NCBI GenBank assembly: GCA_963734535.1
Contig: CAVTHS010000006.1
Span: 192,001 to 256,000, forward strand
From: an uncultured Chloroflexia bacterium
GTDB taxonomy: Bacteria; Chloroflexota; Limnocylindria; Limnocylindrales; CSP1-4
Direction: 5' to 3'
DNA length: 64,000 nucleotides
In this document: piece after piece, positions 51,426-60,875 of the stretch
Layout: every line of letters starts with the position of its first letter
How positions within the stretch are numbered: the first letter of the stretch is position 1
The notes under the pieces: generated by a model
Told to the model about the DNA's origin: nothing
Databases searched by the model: none
Seen by the model: only the letters and a program-made list of their open reading frames with translations
Position numbers and translations under genes: made by a program

Positions 51426-51455
51426 GCGATAGTTGCATGCGCAACTAGGTATCGC
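51426..51455. promoter_or_regulatory. Palindromic operator upstream of nitroreductase-like gene
   Basis: TAGTTGC-ATGC-GCAACTA (51430-51447), with outer GCGATA/TATCGC. Confidence 0.55.
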
Positions 51456-51469
51456 CGAGGAACCAGCGC

Positions 51470-51847
51470 ATGAACGACGCAACTCGCGCCGCCCTCGCCC
51501 GGGGCGGGATCATCGACCTCACGACGACCGGCCGAAGGAGCGGCGAGCCGCGCCGGATCGAGATCGTCCTCCACGTCATCGACGGCCGCATCGTCGTCAG
51601 CGGGATGCCGCGCCGCGAGAAGCGTGCGTGGCTCGCCAACATCGAGGCGAACCCGCGGGTGACGGTCCACCTGAAGCGGGATGTCGTCGCGGACCTGCCC
51701 GGCGAAGCGCGGGTGGTGACCGACGAGCGGGAACGACGGGAGCTCCTCCGCCACGTCGCGCGGGCCTGGGGCCGCGACGACCTCGAGGTGATGCTCCGCT
51801 ACAGCCCCCTGGTCGAGATCGTCCTCGACGACCGGGCGATCGCCTGA
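51470..51847 (+). CDS. Deazaflavin(F420)-dependent nitroreductase family protein (Ddn/DUF385)
   Basis: LTTTGRRSGEPR, WLANIEANPRV. Confidence 0.85.
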   Translation: MNDATRAALARGGIIDLTTTGRRSGEPRRIEIVLHVIDGRIVVSGMPRREKRAWLANIEANPRVTVHLKRDVVADLPGEARVVTDERERRELLRHVARAWGRDDLEVMLRYSPLVEIVLDDRAIA

Positions 51848-51914
51848 TCGTCGCCCAGCGGCGGGACTAACGGGCCATACCCACCCCCGGACGCGTGCGG
51901 GTACGGTCCATCGC

Positions 51915-52712
51915 ATGTCGATGCGCGCGCGGATCCCGCGACCGCTGCGGATGTTCTTTCCGGGCGCGAATTCGGGGCTCGACCCGGCGGTCAACCCGGC
52001 ACCTGCGGAGGCCGTCCCGACGGTGGAGCTGACCGTCTACGCGGACGACTCGGTTGTGTTCGGACGCCTCCCGCTCACCGCGGACCGGGTCACCGACCTG
52101 ATGAACGACGGGACCGAGTTCGAGTTCACCGACACCTACCTGCAGAGCCTCGACGACGGCCACGGCCTCCTGGTCCGGACGGTGGTCGTGGAGCGGGCCG
52201 AGATCTTCGCCGTCGCGGTCGCCGGCCCGCGCGGCGATCCCACGCGCAGAACGCGCACGCGCCCGATCCCCGTCGAGCTCCGGGTGGGGAGCTATGACAT
52301 CAGCGGCAACATCCACGTCGTGCCGGGCACCGACCCGATCGTCGGGTTCCGCCGTCGGAAGGTGATGGTCCCGCTGACGGAGGCAACCATCGCGTTCGAC
52401 GGGCCCGGCGGACGGACCATCTCGCGCTTCGGGACGATCCTCGTGAACCGGGAGCTCACCCACTGGATCGCCCCCGCCCTGCGCTCCGACGTCCGGCCAC
52501 CCGATCTGATCCCGGAGCTTGCCGGGAGCGGGCTGGCCAAGGACTTCAGCTGTCCAGCTGGTGGGGCGCGAGACCTAGGGAGGCGTGGGTCGCCGCCGCG
52601 ACGCGTGCTGCCTTCGGAGGGTTCGGCCACCGATGTCAGCGCTGGCGCCCGGTTTGTGCTGGATAACACCGGGGCTGCTGGTATCCGGATCCCGCGGCCG
52701 AATCCGCACTGA
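51915..52712 (+). CDS. Hypothetical protein with tandem DUF6812-like domains (true stop may be near 52578)
   Basis: VFGRLPL.ADRVTDLMN; YDISGNIH; VPLTEA; ILVNR; codon bias falls after about 52550. Confidence 0.6.
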   Translation: MSMRARIPRPLRMFFPGANSGLDPAVNPAPAEAVPTVELTVYADDSVVFGRLPLTADRVTDLMNDGTEFEFTDTYLQSLDDGHGLLVRTVVVERAEIFAVAVAGPRGDPTRRTRTRPIPVELRVGSYDISGNIHVVPGTDPIVGFRRRKVMVPLTEATIAFDGPGGRTISRFGTILVNRELTHWIAPALRSDVRPPDLIPELAGSGLAKDFSCPAGGARDLGRRGSPPRRVLPSEGSATDVSAGARFVLDNTGAAGIRIPRPNPH

Positions 52713-52880
52713 ATAGCAGCCCGGCGACTGTTACGGCGCCGCCGAGTGTGTCGCCGGGCGTCGCGAGGGAGGATCGGGCCCCATTTCACGCTCGCAGCCA
52801 AGTCGGGATCGCCGCCGTCGCCCGCGCCGGTGCGTGTATCCGCACTCAACAGTCGCCCGGTTGCTGAGGCGCACAAACGG
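52650..52880. repeat. Nested inverted/direct repeat element (REP/MITE-like or structured RNA)
   Basis: IR 52715-52732 / 52848-52865 (16/18); DR ATCCGCACT-14nt at 52702 and 52838 (19/23); outer IR GTTTGTGC / GCACAAAC. Confidence 0.55.
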
Positions 52881-53058
52881 ACCGCTCGCGTCGCGATCCG
52901 TGGTCGAGCCACGGCAGCGGTCGAGCGGCGGCCTTCGTCTCCCGGTCGGGAACTGCAGACCTGCCTCTGCCGTCCCATCGGCGTAGAACCAACAGACGGT
53001 GGTCGGTGCGTCCCGGCCGCACCCTCGGTCCCGGCCGCCCCAGGGAAGAGGCGGCACC

Positions 53059-53484
53059 ATGGCACTTCGATCGTTTCTGGCAACGCTCCTCTGCGCGTCG
53101 GCCCTCGCGGCCTGTTCCACCACCCAGGCGTCGGAACCGCTGGGCGCGACGTGCGACCAGTTCCGAACCACGCCGATCGTCGAGCAATCTGCCGTGATCG
53201 CGGTGGGTGCGGAGGTCAAGGTCGTCCTCTGCTCGAACCCGTCGACGGGTTTCTCGTGGGACGAGCCCCAGCTGGGTGACGGCTCGGTGCTCCGGCTCGT
53301 CGACCGCGCGTACCAGGCGCCGGACGGCGCGAGCCTCCCGGTCGTCGGCGCGGCCGGCGGCGAGGTCCTGACGGTTGGCGGCCTCGCGGCCGGGACCACG
53401 ACCCTCTCCATCGGGTACAGCCAGCCGTGGGTTGGTGGCACGAAGGGCGAGTGGACGTACAGGCTGTCCGTCACCGTCAAGTAG
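53059..53484 (+). CDS. Lipoprotein protease inhibitor, chagasin/I42 family
   Basis: Lipobox ALAAC; SNPSTGFSW; VVGAAGG; YSQPW. Confidence 0.88.
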   Translation: MALRSFLATLLCASALAACSTTQASEPLGATCDQFRTTPIVEQSAVIAVGAEVKVVLCSNPSTGFSWDEPQLGDGSVLRLVDRAYQAPDGASLPVVGAAGGEVLTVGGLAAGTTTLSIGYSQPWVGGTKGEWTYRLSVTVK

Positions 53485-53644
53485 CGCATCGCTGACCGCA
53501 CCCCGCGCGGTCGTCTGCTCGGCCGACCGGCCCCTCGGACGGGGCGGGTCGGCCCTGTTCCACGACGGTTCATGGACGGCACGCTGGGCCCGGCGCGCAG
53601 GCGGGCGTTCGGGCCCACGTCCGCGTCTTCGCGAGGACCCCAGC

Positions 53645-55174
53645 GTGACCCACGGTCCGCGGACACTCCGGGCTGCCGGAGCCGCGGTGGCGATCGGCTC
53701 GATGGCCACCGCGTTTCTGTTCCTCTCGATCCCGCGGACGTCCGCCGTCGCGCTCGGTGATTTCGCGGCCATCGACGCCCACGTCAAGGCAGCGATGGAT
53801 GCGTCCGCGGTGCCGGGGCTGGCCTACGCCGTCGTCGAGGACGGAGCGATCGTTCACCTGGCCGCCTTCGGTGCTGCCGGACCGGGGGGCCGGGCGATGA
53901 CGGCGCAGACGCCGCTGGTCATCGGGTCGGTCGGGAAGTCGATCACCGCGCTCGCGATCCGCCAGCTCGTCGAGGCGGGCCGGATCGACCCGGAAGCCCC
54001 CGTGACGCGCTATCTGCCCTGGTTCACGCTCGCCGGCCCGGAGGGCGCGGCAGATCGGGTGACGATCCAGGCCCTGCTCGACCACACGAGCGGACTCTCG
54101 ACGGCGGACGGCCAGGACCCCCGCTGGTATGCGCCGGGCCGGACACCGGAGGACGTGGTCCGCGGGCTGGCGGCGGTCCGCGCCGATCGCCCGGCCGGGA
54201 CCTACGAATACTCGAACCTCAACTACGTCGTGCTCGGGGTCGTCGTCGAGGCGGTCTCGGGTGAGGCCTACGGCGACTACATACGCGGGCACATCTTCGA
54301 GCCGCTCGGGATGACGCGCAGCTACACGAGCCTCGACGCGGCTGCGGCCGGCCGGTCCGGCCCAGGGCCACCGCTACCTCTTCGGCGCCGCCGTGCCCTT
54401 CGACGAGCCATATCCGACGGCGGTGGTCGCCGCCGGGTACCAGGTCTCGACCGCCGAGGACATGGCCTCCTTTGTCGCCGCGCTCGCGAACGGCGGGGTC
54501 CACGACGGCGTCGATGTCGTCGCGCCGGGCGGTGCAACGGCGGCTCCGCGCGGGTACGGCACGGACTGGCAGCCGCTCACCGCCGTCCAGGCGGACGCGA
54601 TCGTTGGCCAGAGCGGTTCGACGTTGAGCTCGAACGCGGACATCCTCGTGTTTCCCGCTCGCCGGCTCGGCGTGGTGGTCCTGCTCAACGCCAACCCGAC
54701 CCAGCTCGGCGGCCTGGCCGCCGGAGCTGCCGACATCGCGCTGGACATCATCCGGCTCTCCATCGGCTCCAGCCCCGCGGCATCGGCCCCGACGGTCCGC
54801 ACGATCTACCTCGTCGTCGACGCGCTGCTGCTGGTCCTTGCCGCCGCGCTGGCCTTCCACGCCTTCCGCGCCCGGACGTGGAAGCGGCAGATTGGCCGAA
54901 GGACGACACCCGAGGTGGCTGATCGGGCGAACCGTCGCGGCCGACCTGATCGTTCCGGTGGTGGTTCTCCTGGGTCTCCCGCTCTGGATCGGCTCGACCG
55001 GCTCGAGCCCGGCTGGTGACCTCGTGAGGGGCTGGCATTTCGCCCTGTGGACGCTGCCGGACCTTGCCTTCGCCCTCCTCATCCTCGCGCTCTGCCGGGC
55101 TTGCGATCGGCGCCGCGAAGGTCATCGCGGTTGCGGCCACGCGACGGGCGCCGAGCCTCGAGGCGGCCGCCTGA
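53645..55174 (+). CDS. Serine hydrolase (class C beta-lactamase-like) with C-terminal TMs; several indels (about 54360, 54900, 55095)
   Basis: Signal peptide, GSVGK (SxxK), LLDHTSG, YSNLNY, IFEPLGM, GVVVLLN. Confidence 0.8.
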
Positions 55175-55251
55175 CCTCGAAGCGGGTTCGTGCACGCCGG
55201 CCGGCGAGACAGCCACCCCGGCCCCGCGGGCCGTCGGGCTACCATCGGTCG

Positions 55252-55620
55252 ATGATCCGGGTCGGCTCGATCGTTCTGCGCGTCGACGACCTGCCGCGGC
55301 AGGCTGCGTTCTGGGCGGCGGCGCTCGACTACCTGCCCCGGGAGGAGGAGAGCGACGATTTCGTCCTGCTGCACCCAAAGGGCGGCATCGGGCCCAACCT
55401 CTCGCTCGACCGGGTCCGCTCGACGCTGCAGGTCCCGCCACGCATCCACCTGGACCTGTACGCGGAGGATCAGGCGGAAGAGGTCGGGCGCCTGATCGCG
55501 CTCGGTGCGACCGAGGTCCACTGGGACAAGCGACCACCGGACGCTGACTACGTCATCCTCGCCGACCCGGAGGGCAACCGCTTCTGCGTCGTGGACGCTG
55601 GCGAGCACCGCGGCCGATGA
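55252..55620 (+). CDS. VOC/glyoxalase family protein
   Basis: AAFWAAAL, RIHLDL, LADPEGNRFCV. Confidence 0.9.
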   Translation: MIRVGSIVLRVDDLPRQAAFWAAALDYLPREEESDDFVLLHPKGGIGPNLSLDRVRSTLQVPPRIHLDLYAEDQAEEVGRLIALGATEVHWDKRPPDADYVILADPEGNRFCVVDAGEHRGR

Positions 55621-56375
55621 CCTTCGACGTGGCGGCGACGGCGTACGACCGCTTCATGGGCAGGTACTCGCACCTCCTATCCCCGCAGCTGGCAGACCTC
55701 GCCGGGGTGCGTGATGGCCAGCGGGCGCTCGACGTCGGCTGCGGACCCGGAGCCCTCATCGCGGAACTGGTGAGCCGCCTTGGAGCCGGCGCCGTGGTCG
55801 CGGTCGATCCCTCCGAGCCGTTCGTCGCCGCGGCTCGGGAGCGCCACCCCGGCGTCCAGGTCCGGCGTGCGTCCGCGGAGGACCTGCCGTTCCCGGACCG
55901 GACGTTCGACGTCTCTCTCGCGCAGCTCGTCGTCCACTTCATGTCCGATCCCGCCGCGGGATTGGCGGAGATGGCGCGCGTGACCCGGCGAGGGGGTGTG
56001 GTGGCCGCGTGCGTCTGGGATCACGGCGGTGGCCAGGGCCCGCTCAGTGGGTTCTGGGCCGCAGCGCGTCTGCTCGACCCCGACGTCATCGACGAATCGA
56101 CGCTCGCGGGTGCCCGCGCGGGCCACCTCGTGGAGCTGTTCGAAGCCGCGGGGCTGCACGAGGTCGAGGAGACCACCCTCTCCGCCAGCCTGGAGCACTC
56201 GAGCTTCGAGGCATGGTGGGAGCCGTTCACGCGCGGTGTCGGTCCGGCGGGCTCCTACCTGGCACGCGTCAGCGCGGAACGGCAGGCCGAGCTGCGCGAG
56301 GCGTGCCGAGCGATGCTTCCGGCCGCACCATTCGTGCTCCCGGCCCGTGCCTGGGCGGCTCGCGGGCTCGCGTAG
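55617..56375 (+). CDS. Class I SAM-dependent methyltransferase
   Basis: YDRFMGRYS, ALDVGCGPG, AEDLPF, QLVVHFM. Confidence 0.92.
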   Translation: MTFDVAATAYDRFMGRYSHLLSPQLADLAGVRDGQRALDVGCGPGALIAELVSRLGAGAVVAVDPSEPFVAAARERHPGVQVRRASAEDLPFPDRTFDVSLAQLVVHFMSDPAAGLAEMARVTRRGGVVAACVWDHGGGQGPLSGFWAAARLLDPDVIDESTLAGARAGHLVELFEAAGLHEVEETTLSASLEHSSFEAWWEPFTRGVGPAGSYLARVSAERQAELREACRAMLPAAPFVLPARAWAARGLA

Positions 56376-56721
56376 GCCCGTTCTTCACGCGGCCCCGTGT
56401 CGCTTCCGACCGACTCGCGGGCCTGCTACATGACCCTGATCGGGCCTCAGACTCGCCGCCGACGCTCACGCCGGGCACGATGGGCACGCGACGCCCGATC
56501 CATGATCCGGGCAGTACCTGTTCGGCATGTCCACGGCCGAAGGTACGACGGGCGCAAGTCGACGCCGAGCCTGCGGATGATCGCCGACTGTCCCGCTCGA
56601 CTCTGGTCAAGCTCGACGATGGGCCTTCGCCGACTCGGTGGAGAAGCTGGCGGTGGGTGTCAGGGGCGGGCCGCGTTGAGCGGGCCTTGCGCTGCCGGAG
56701 CGCCTGGGCCAAGGTTGTCAG

Positions 56722-58354
56722 GTGGATCACGATCCGCCCACGGCCGCTCGATCTCGTGCCGCGTCTCGGTCGCCCGACGACCTCGTCGGGATCGTCGCCG
56801 ACTGTGAACGTCTGATCGACCTGGCCGGCGAGCGCCTCCGCGAAGGCGACCTCCGGTCAAGTGGTGAGGCGATCATCCGCGCCGGCGAACTCGCGCGCCG
56901 CGCACGCCGCCCGGACTTGCTTGCCGCGGCAGCCCTGGTAGTGTCGGGCGTCGACAACGATCTCCTGAATGCGGCGATCGAGGAGATGGCCCAGGAGGCG
57001 ATCGATGGCCTCGGGGATCAGCACGTCCCGCTTCAGGCGCGCCTCCACGGCCAGAAGGCCGTCACCCTATCGCACCTCGGGCGACTGGACGACGCCGCCG
57101 CGGCGAGCGAGCGTGCCCTCGATCTCGCGGAGGCGACCCATGATGCTGCGGCGTTGGCCGCGGCCATCCACGCTCGCCAGATGGTGGTCCTCGGTCTCGG
57201 CAGACCGGACGAGCTCCTTCGCCTCGGTGCTCGGATGCTGGAGCTGCAAGGAGCAGGAGACGCGACCGGCAACGCGTTGCTGGGGCATCTGTGGCGCTGC
57301 GACGGGTTCCTGCAGCGCGGGGAGACGGCGGCGGCCCGCAGGGAGATCGACGCCCTCGATGTCCTGGGAGGGCGCAGGAATGACCCGCTGGTGCGGTGGC
57401 ATGCCCTGCGCGCCCGCGCTGGGCTTGACCAGGCGGTGGGTCGCCTGGCCCAGGCGGAGCACGAGGCCCGGCTCGCGGTCGACGCTCTGCCGCTCGAAGG
57501 GCACATGATCGCCCGCGGGTCTGTTCCTGGGACAACTCGCACTGATCTCGACCGACCGCGGCATCCAGCCCGCCGAGATCGACGAGATCCGGGCATCGTC
57601 CGTCGGGGCGCCTCCTGTCGTCCGAGCGTGCATCGGCCGTCTGGAGCTCGCCATCGGCGAGCGGATCGCTGCCCTCGCGAGCCTCGAGGCGACCAAGCCA
57701 CGACTCGAGTCGATGCCTCTCGATGAGCGCTGGTTGCCGACCGTGGCGGCGACGGTTGAACTCGCGGTCGGATGCGATGATGCGGAGACTGCCGACCGGC
57801 TGCATCCGGGCCTTGCCCGGTTCGACGGCATGATGATCGCCTCCGCGATCGGTGCGATCGGTCCGGTCGCGTACTTCCTCGGGCTGATCGAGGTCATGAC
57901 CGGACGGCTCGACGAGGCGGTCGCCCATCTCGAGGGCGCCGAGGCCCTGGCCGGCGTCGGTGACATGGGACCGTCGCTGGCGAGAGCGAGGCTAGCGCTC
58001 GCCGCGACCCTGGAACGGCGAGGCGCGCCGGGCGACCGCGACCGCGCGCTGAGTCTTGCCGCTGTGGCCGCCGTCGACGCGGCACGCCTTGGCATGCAAA
58101 CGGTACTGTCACGGACCAGAGTGCTCGTCGACAGGCTGGCCCGATCCGAGACCCGACTGTCCCCCAGGGAACGCGACATCGCCGGTCACGTCGCCGCGGG
58201 TCTCTCCAACCGCGAGATCGCCGAGCGGCTCGTGCTCTCGGAGCGGACGGTCGAGACGCACGTGCAGCACATCCTTACGAAGCTCGGGTTCCGGTCGCGT
58301 ACCCAGATCGCAGCGTGGGCGGCGATCGACGGGGTTCGCGACGCCGGCCGGTAG
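56722..58354 (+). CDS. TPR-like + LuxR HTH transcriptional regulator; indel near 57525
   Basis: Helical repeats; LSPRERDIA...[38 protein letters not shown]. Confidence 0.82.
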
Positions 58355-58482
58355 GTACCGTTTTCAGTACCGGTATCCGCGTCCGCACGGATGCGGAGCG
58401 AGCCAGCGCGGACATACGGTCACGTCCAGTGGAACGGCGGCTGATCGGTTCGCCGCCACACCCGGCGAAGGAGGCGTGGCAC

Positions 58483-58902
58483 GTGTCTGAAGCGGAGAAC
58501 AAAGCCCTGATTCGTCGTCTTGTCGAGGGCTGGCAGGCCGGTCACGAGCCCGCCGTCGCCCAGGAGATCCTGGCCGACGACTTCGTCGAACGAAGCGGTC
58601 TGGCCGAGCACGGTGCCAAGGAGGCGGCCATCGCGGCCTTTAGCTACATGTGGCGTGCGTTTCCCGACTTCTCGGTCCGGATCAAGGTTCAGATCGCTGA
58701 AGGAGACCTCGTCGCGACCCTGAAGACGTTCTCAGGGACCCACCAGGGCGAGTTCATGGGCATCCCACCCACCGGCAGGCAGATCGCCTTCGACGTCTTC
58801 GACATGCTTCGTGTCCGCGACGGCCAGGTGGTCGAGCACTGGAACGTCCAGGACTATGCCGGCCTGATGAAGCAGCTTGACTCGCCAGGCTCGAGCGGCT
58901 AG
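58483..58902 (+). CDS. SnoaL-like ester cyclase
   Basis: SD AAGGAGG; AENKALIRR, AFPDF, IAEGDLV, GTHQGEFMGIPPTGR, VVEHW. Confidence 0.92.
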   Translation: MSEAENKALIRRLVEGWQAGHEPAVAQEILADDFVERSGLAEHGAKEAAIAAFSYMWRAFPDFSVRIKVQIAEGDLVATLKTFSGTHQGEFMGIPPTGRQIAFDVFDMLRVRDGQVVEHWNVQDYAGLMKQLDSPGSSG

Positions 58903-58914
58903 CAACGGAGATCC

Positions 58915-59613
58915 TCAGCCCAGGATCTCGATCGGGGATGACGTCGAAGGTACGCCGAGCCCGATGGGGCAGGCGACGCCCGTCCCGTGGTCCGGGCAGT
59001 ATCCGTCCGGGTTCTTGTCCAGGTACTGCTGGTGGTATTCCTCGGCGAAGAAGAACGGTCCGGCGGGCGCGATCTCGGTGGTGATCCGGCCGAACCCGGC
59101 TGCTTCCAGCTGCTGCTGGTACATGTCGCGCGACGCTTCGGCGAGCGCCGCCTCGTCGGCGTCGGCGACGTAGATCGCGGACCGGTACTGGGTTCCGCGA
59201 TCGTTGCCCTGGCGCATCCCCTGCGTCGGGTCGTGCGCCTCCCAGAAGGCACGCAGGAGCGCTTCGAAGGAGACGCGCGCGGGGTCGTAGGCCACCCGGA
59301 CCACCTCGGCGTGCCCGGTCCGGCCCGAGCAGACCTCCTGGTAGGTCGGGTTCGGCGTGCTGCCGCCGGCGTATCCCACCGCGGTGGTCACGACGCCGGG
59401 AATCGACCAGAAGCCCTTCTCGGCACCCCAGAAGCAGCCCATCCCGAACGTCGCGGTCCGGGTTCCGGCGGGCCATGGTCCGTCGATCGGCGTCCCGAGC
59501 ACGGCGTGGCGACCGGGCGCGACGATCGGCTCGCGTCGGCCGGGCAGCGCGTCGGCGGGGGAGGGGAGCTGCGACTTGGCAGGATCGGTGAACAGGAAGT
59601 CGAGGATGCCCAT
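58915..59613 (-). CDS. msrA: Peptide methionine sulfoxide reductase A
   Basis: [37 protein letters not shown]. Confidence 0.97.
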   Translation of the reverse strand: MGILDFLFTDPAKSQLPSPADALPGRREPIVAPGRHAVLGTPIDGPWPAGTRTATFGMGCFWGAEKGFWSIPGVVTTAVGYAGGSTPNPTYQEVCSGRTGHAEVVRVAYDPARVSFEALLRAFWEAHDPTQGMRQGNDRGTQYRSAIYVADADEAALAEASRDMYQQQLEAAGFGRITTEIAPAGPFFFAEEYHQQYLDKNPDGYCPDHGTGVACPIGLGVPSTSSPIEILG

Positions 59614-59738
59614 GGGATCTCCGAGGTGCGGGACGTCGTGAGGATCGTACCCCAGGTCCGATGACGGGCAGATGACGCCGGCCTGCGCCTTGGCCAACGG
59701 CGTCATCGGCCTGCTGGGCGATCGGTCGCCCGGCACCG

Positions 59739-60866
59739 TCAGTCGCCGAGACAGGTCCCCACGTGCCGCCCGGTGAGGACCCAGCCGTGGTCCGGCGGGA
59801 CCGGCTTGCGCCGGCCGGCGACGTCCTCGATCGGGACGGGTACGGTCCCATCGGCGCGGGCGGCCACCATCACGCCGAAGTGGCCCGCCTTGACCAGGTC
59901 CGCCGCCGCGCTCCCGAGCCGGGTCGCCAGGAGCCGGTCGACGCCGGAGGGCGTGCCGCCCCGCTGGACGTAGCCGAGGATCGACACGCGTGACTCCAGG
60001 CCGGTCAGCGCCTCCAGCTCGGCGGCAAGGCGGAGCGTGTTCCCGGCATGCTGAGCGTCCAGGGCGGCCAGCTCGGCCTTCACGGCAGCGCGTTCGGTGG
60101 GAGCCCTGGTGGCCGCCAGCCGCTCCTCCACGGAGCGGAACATCGCGGCATCCTCGACGCTGCGTGCCCCCTCGGCGACGGCCACGATGCTGAAGTTCGT
60201 GCCGCTCCGGCTGCGCCGCCGGATCGCCTCGGAGATGTTCTCGACCCGATACGGGATCTCCGGGATCAGGATCACGTCCGCGCCGCCGGCCAGCCCCGCG
60301 CCGAGCGTCAGCCACCCGGCCCGGTGCCCCATCACCTCGGCCACGATGATCCGGTGGTGGCTGTGGGCCGTGCTGTGGAGCCGGTCGATCGCCTCGGTCG
60401 CGATCTCCAGCGCGGTCGCGAACCCGAAGGTCGCGTCCGTCAGGGCCACGTCGTTGTCGATCGTCTTGGGCAGCGTGACAACGTTGAGGCCCGCCCGCAC
60501 GAGGCGCAGCGCGTTCTTCTGGGTCCCGCCGCCGCCCAGGCAGACGATCGCGTCGAGGCGCGCCTTGCGGTACGTCTCGACGATGGCCGGCGTCATGTCG
60601 GTGACCTGCCCGTCGACGAGCATCTTGTGCGGCTTGTCGCGGCTCGTGCCCAGGATCGTCCCGCCGACGGTGAGGATTCCGGAGAGGGCGCCCTTGCCCA
60701 GCGCGACCCGGCGGTCCTCCGCGAGACCCCGGAACCCGTCGCGGAAGCCCACGACCTCCATCCCGTAGGTCGTCATGGCGGACTTGCCGAAGCCCCGGAT
60801 GGCCGCGTTCAGCCCCGGGCTGTCGCCGCCGGCGGTGAGAATCCCGACGCGCAGGGTCCTGGACAC
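59739..60866 (-). CDS. pfkA: 6-phosphofructokinase, probably ATP-dependent
   Basis: [43 protein letters not shown]. Confidence 0.93.
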   Translation of the reverse strand: MSRTLRVGILTAGGDSPGLNAAIRGFGKSAMTTYGMEVVGFRDGFRGLAEDRRVALGKGALSGILTVGGTILGTSRDKPHKMLVDGQVTDMTPAIVETYRKARLDAIVCLGGGGTQKNALRLVRAGLNVVTLPKTIDNDVALTDATFGFATALEIATEAIDRLHSTAHSHHRIIVAEVMGHRAGWLTLGAGLAGGADVILIPEIPYRVENISEAIRRRSRSGTNFSIVAVAEGARSVEDAAMFRSVEERLAATRAPTERAAVKAELAALDAQHAGNTLRLAAELEALTGLESRVSILGYVQRGGTPSGVDRLLATRLGSAAADLVKAGHFGVMVAARADGTVPVPIEDVAGRRKPVPPDHGWVLTGRHVGTCLGD

Positions 60867-60875
60867 GCGCGGAGA

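Noticed and set aside
28632-55174. Beta-lactam pathway (CefD-like, CE7 deacetylase, beta-lactamase-like, CocE)
   Set aside because: Genes are scattered over 26 kb, belong to broad families, and there is no ACV synthetase, IPNS or expandase
56376-56721. Gene or gene remnant upstream of the LuxR regulator
   Set aside because: No frame I examined shows host codon bias or a recognisable motif
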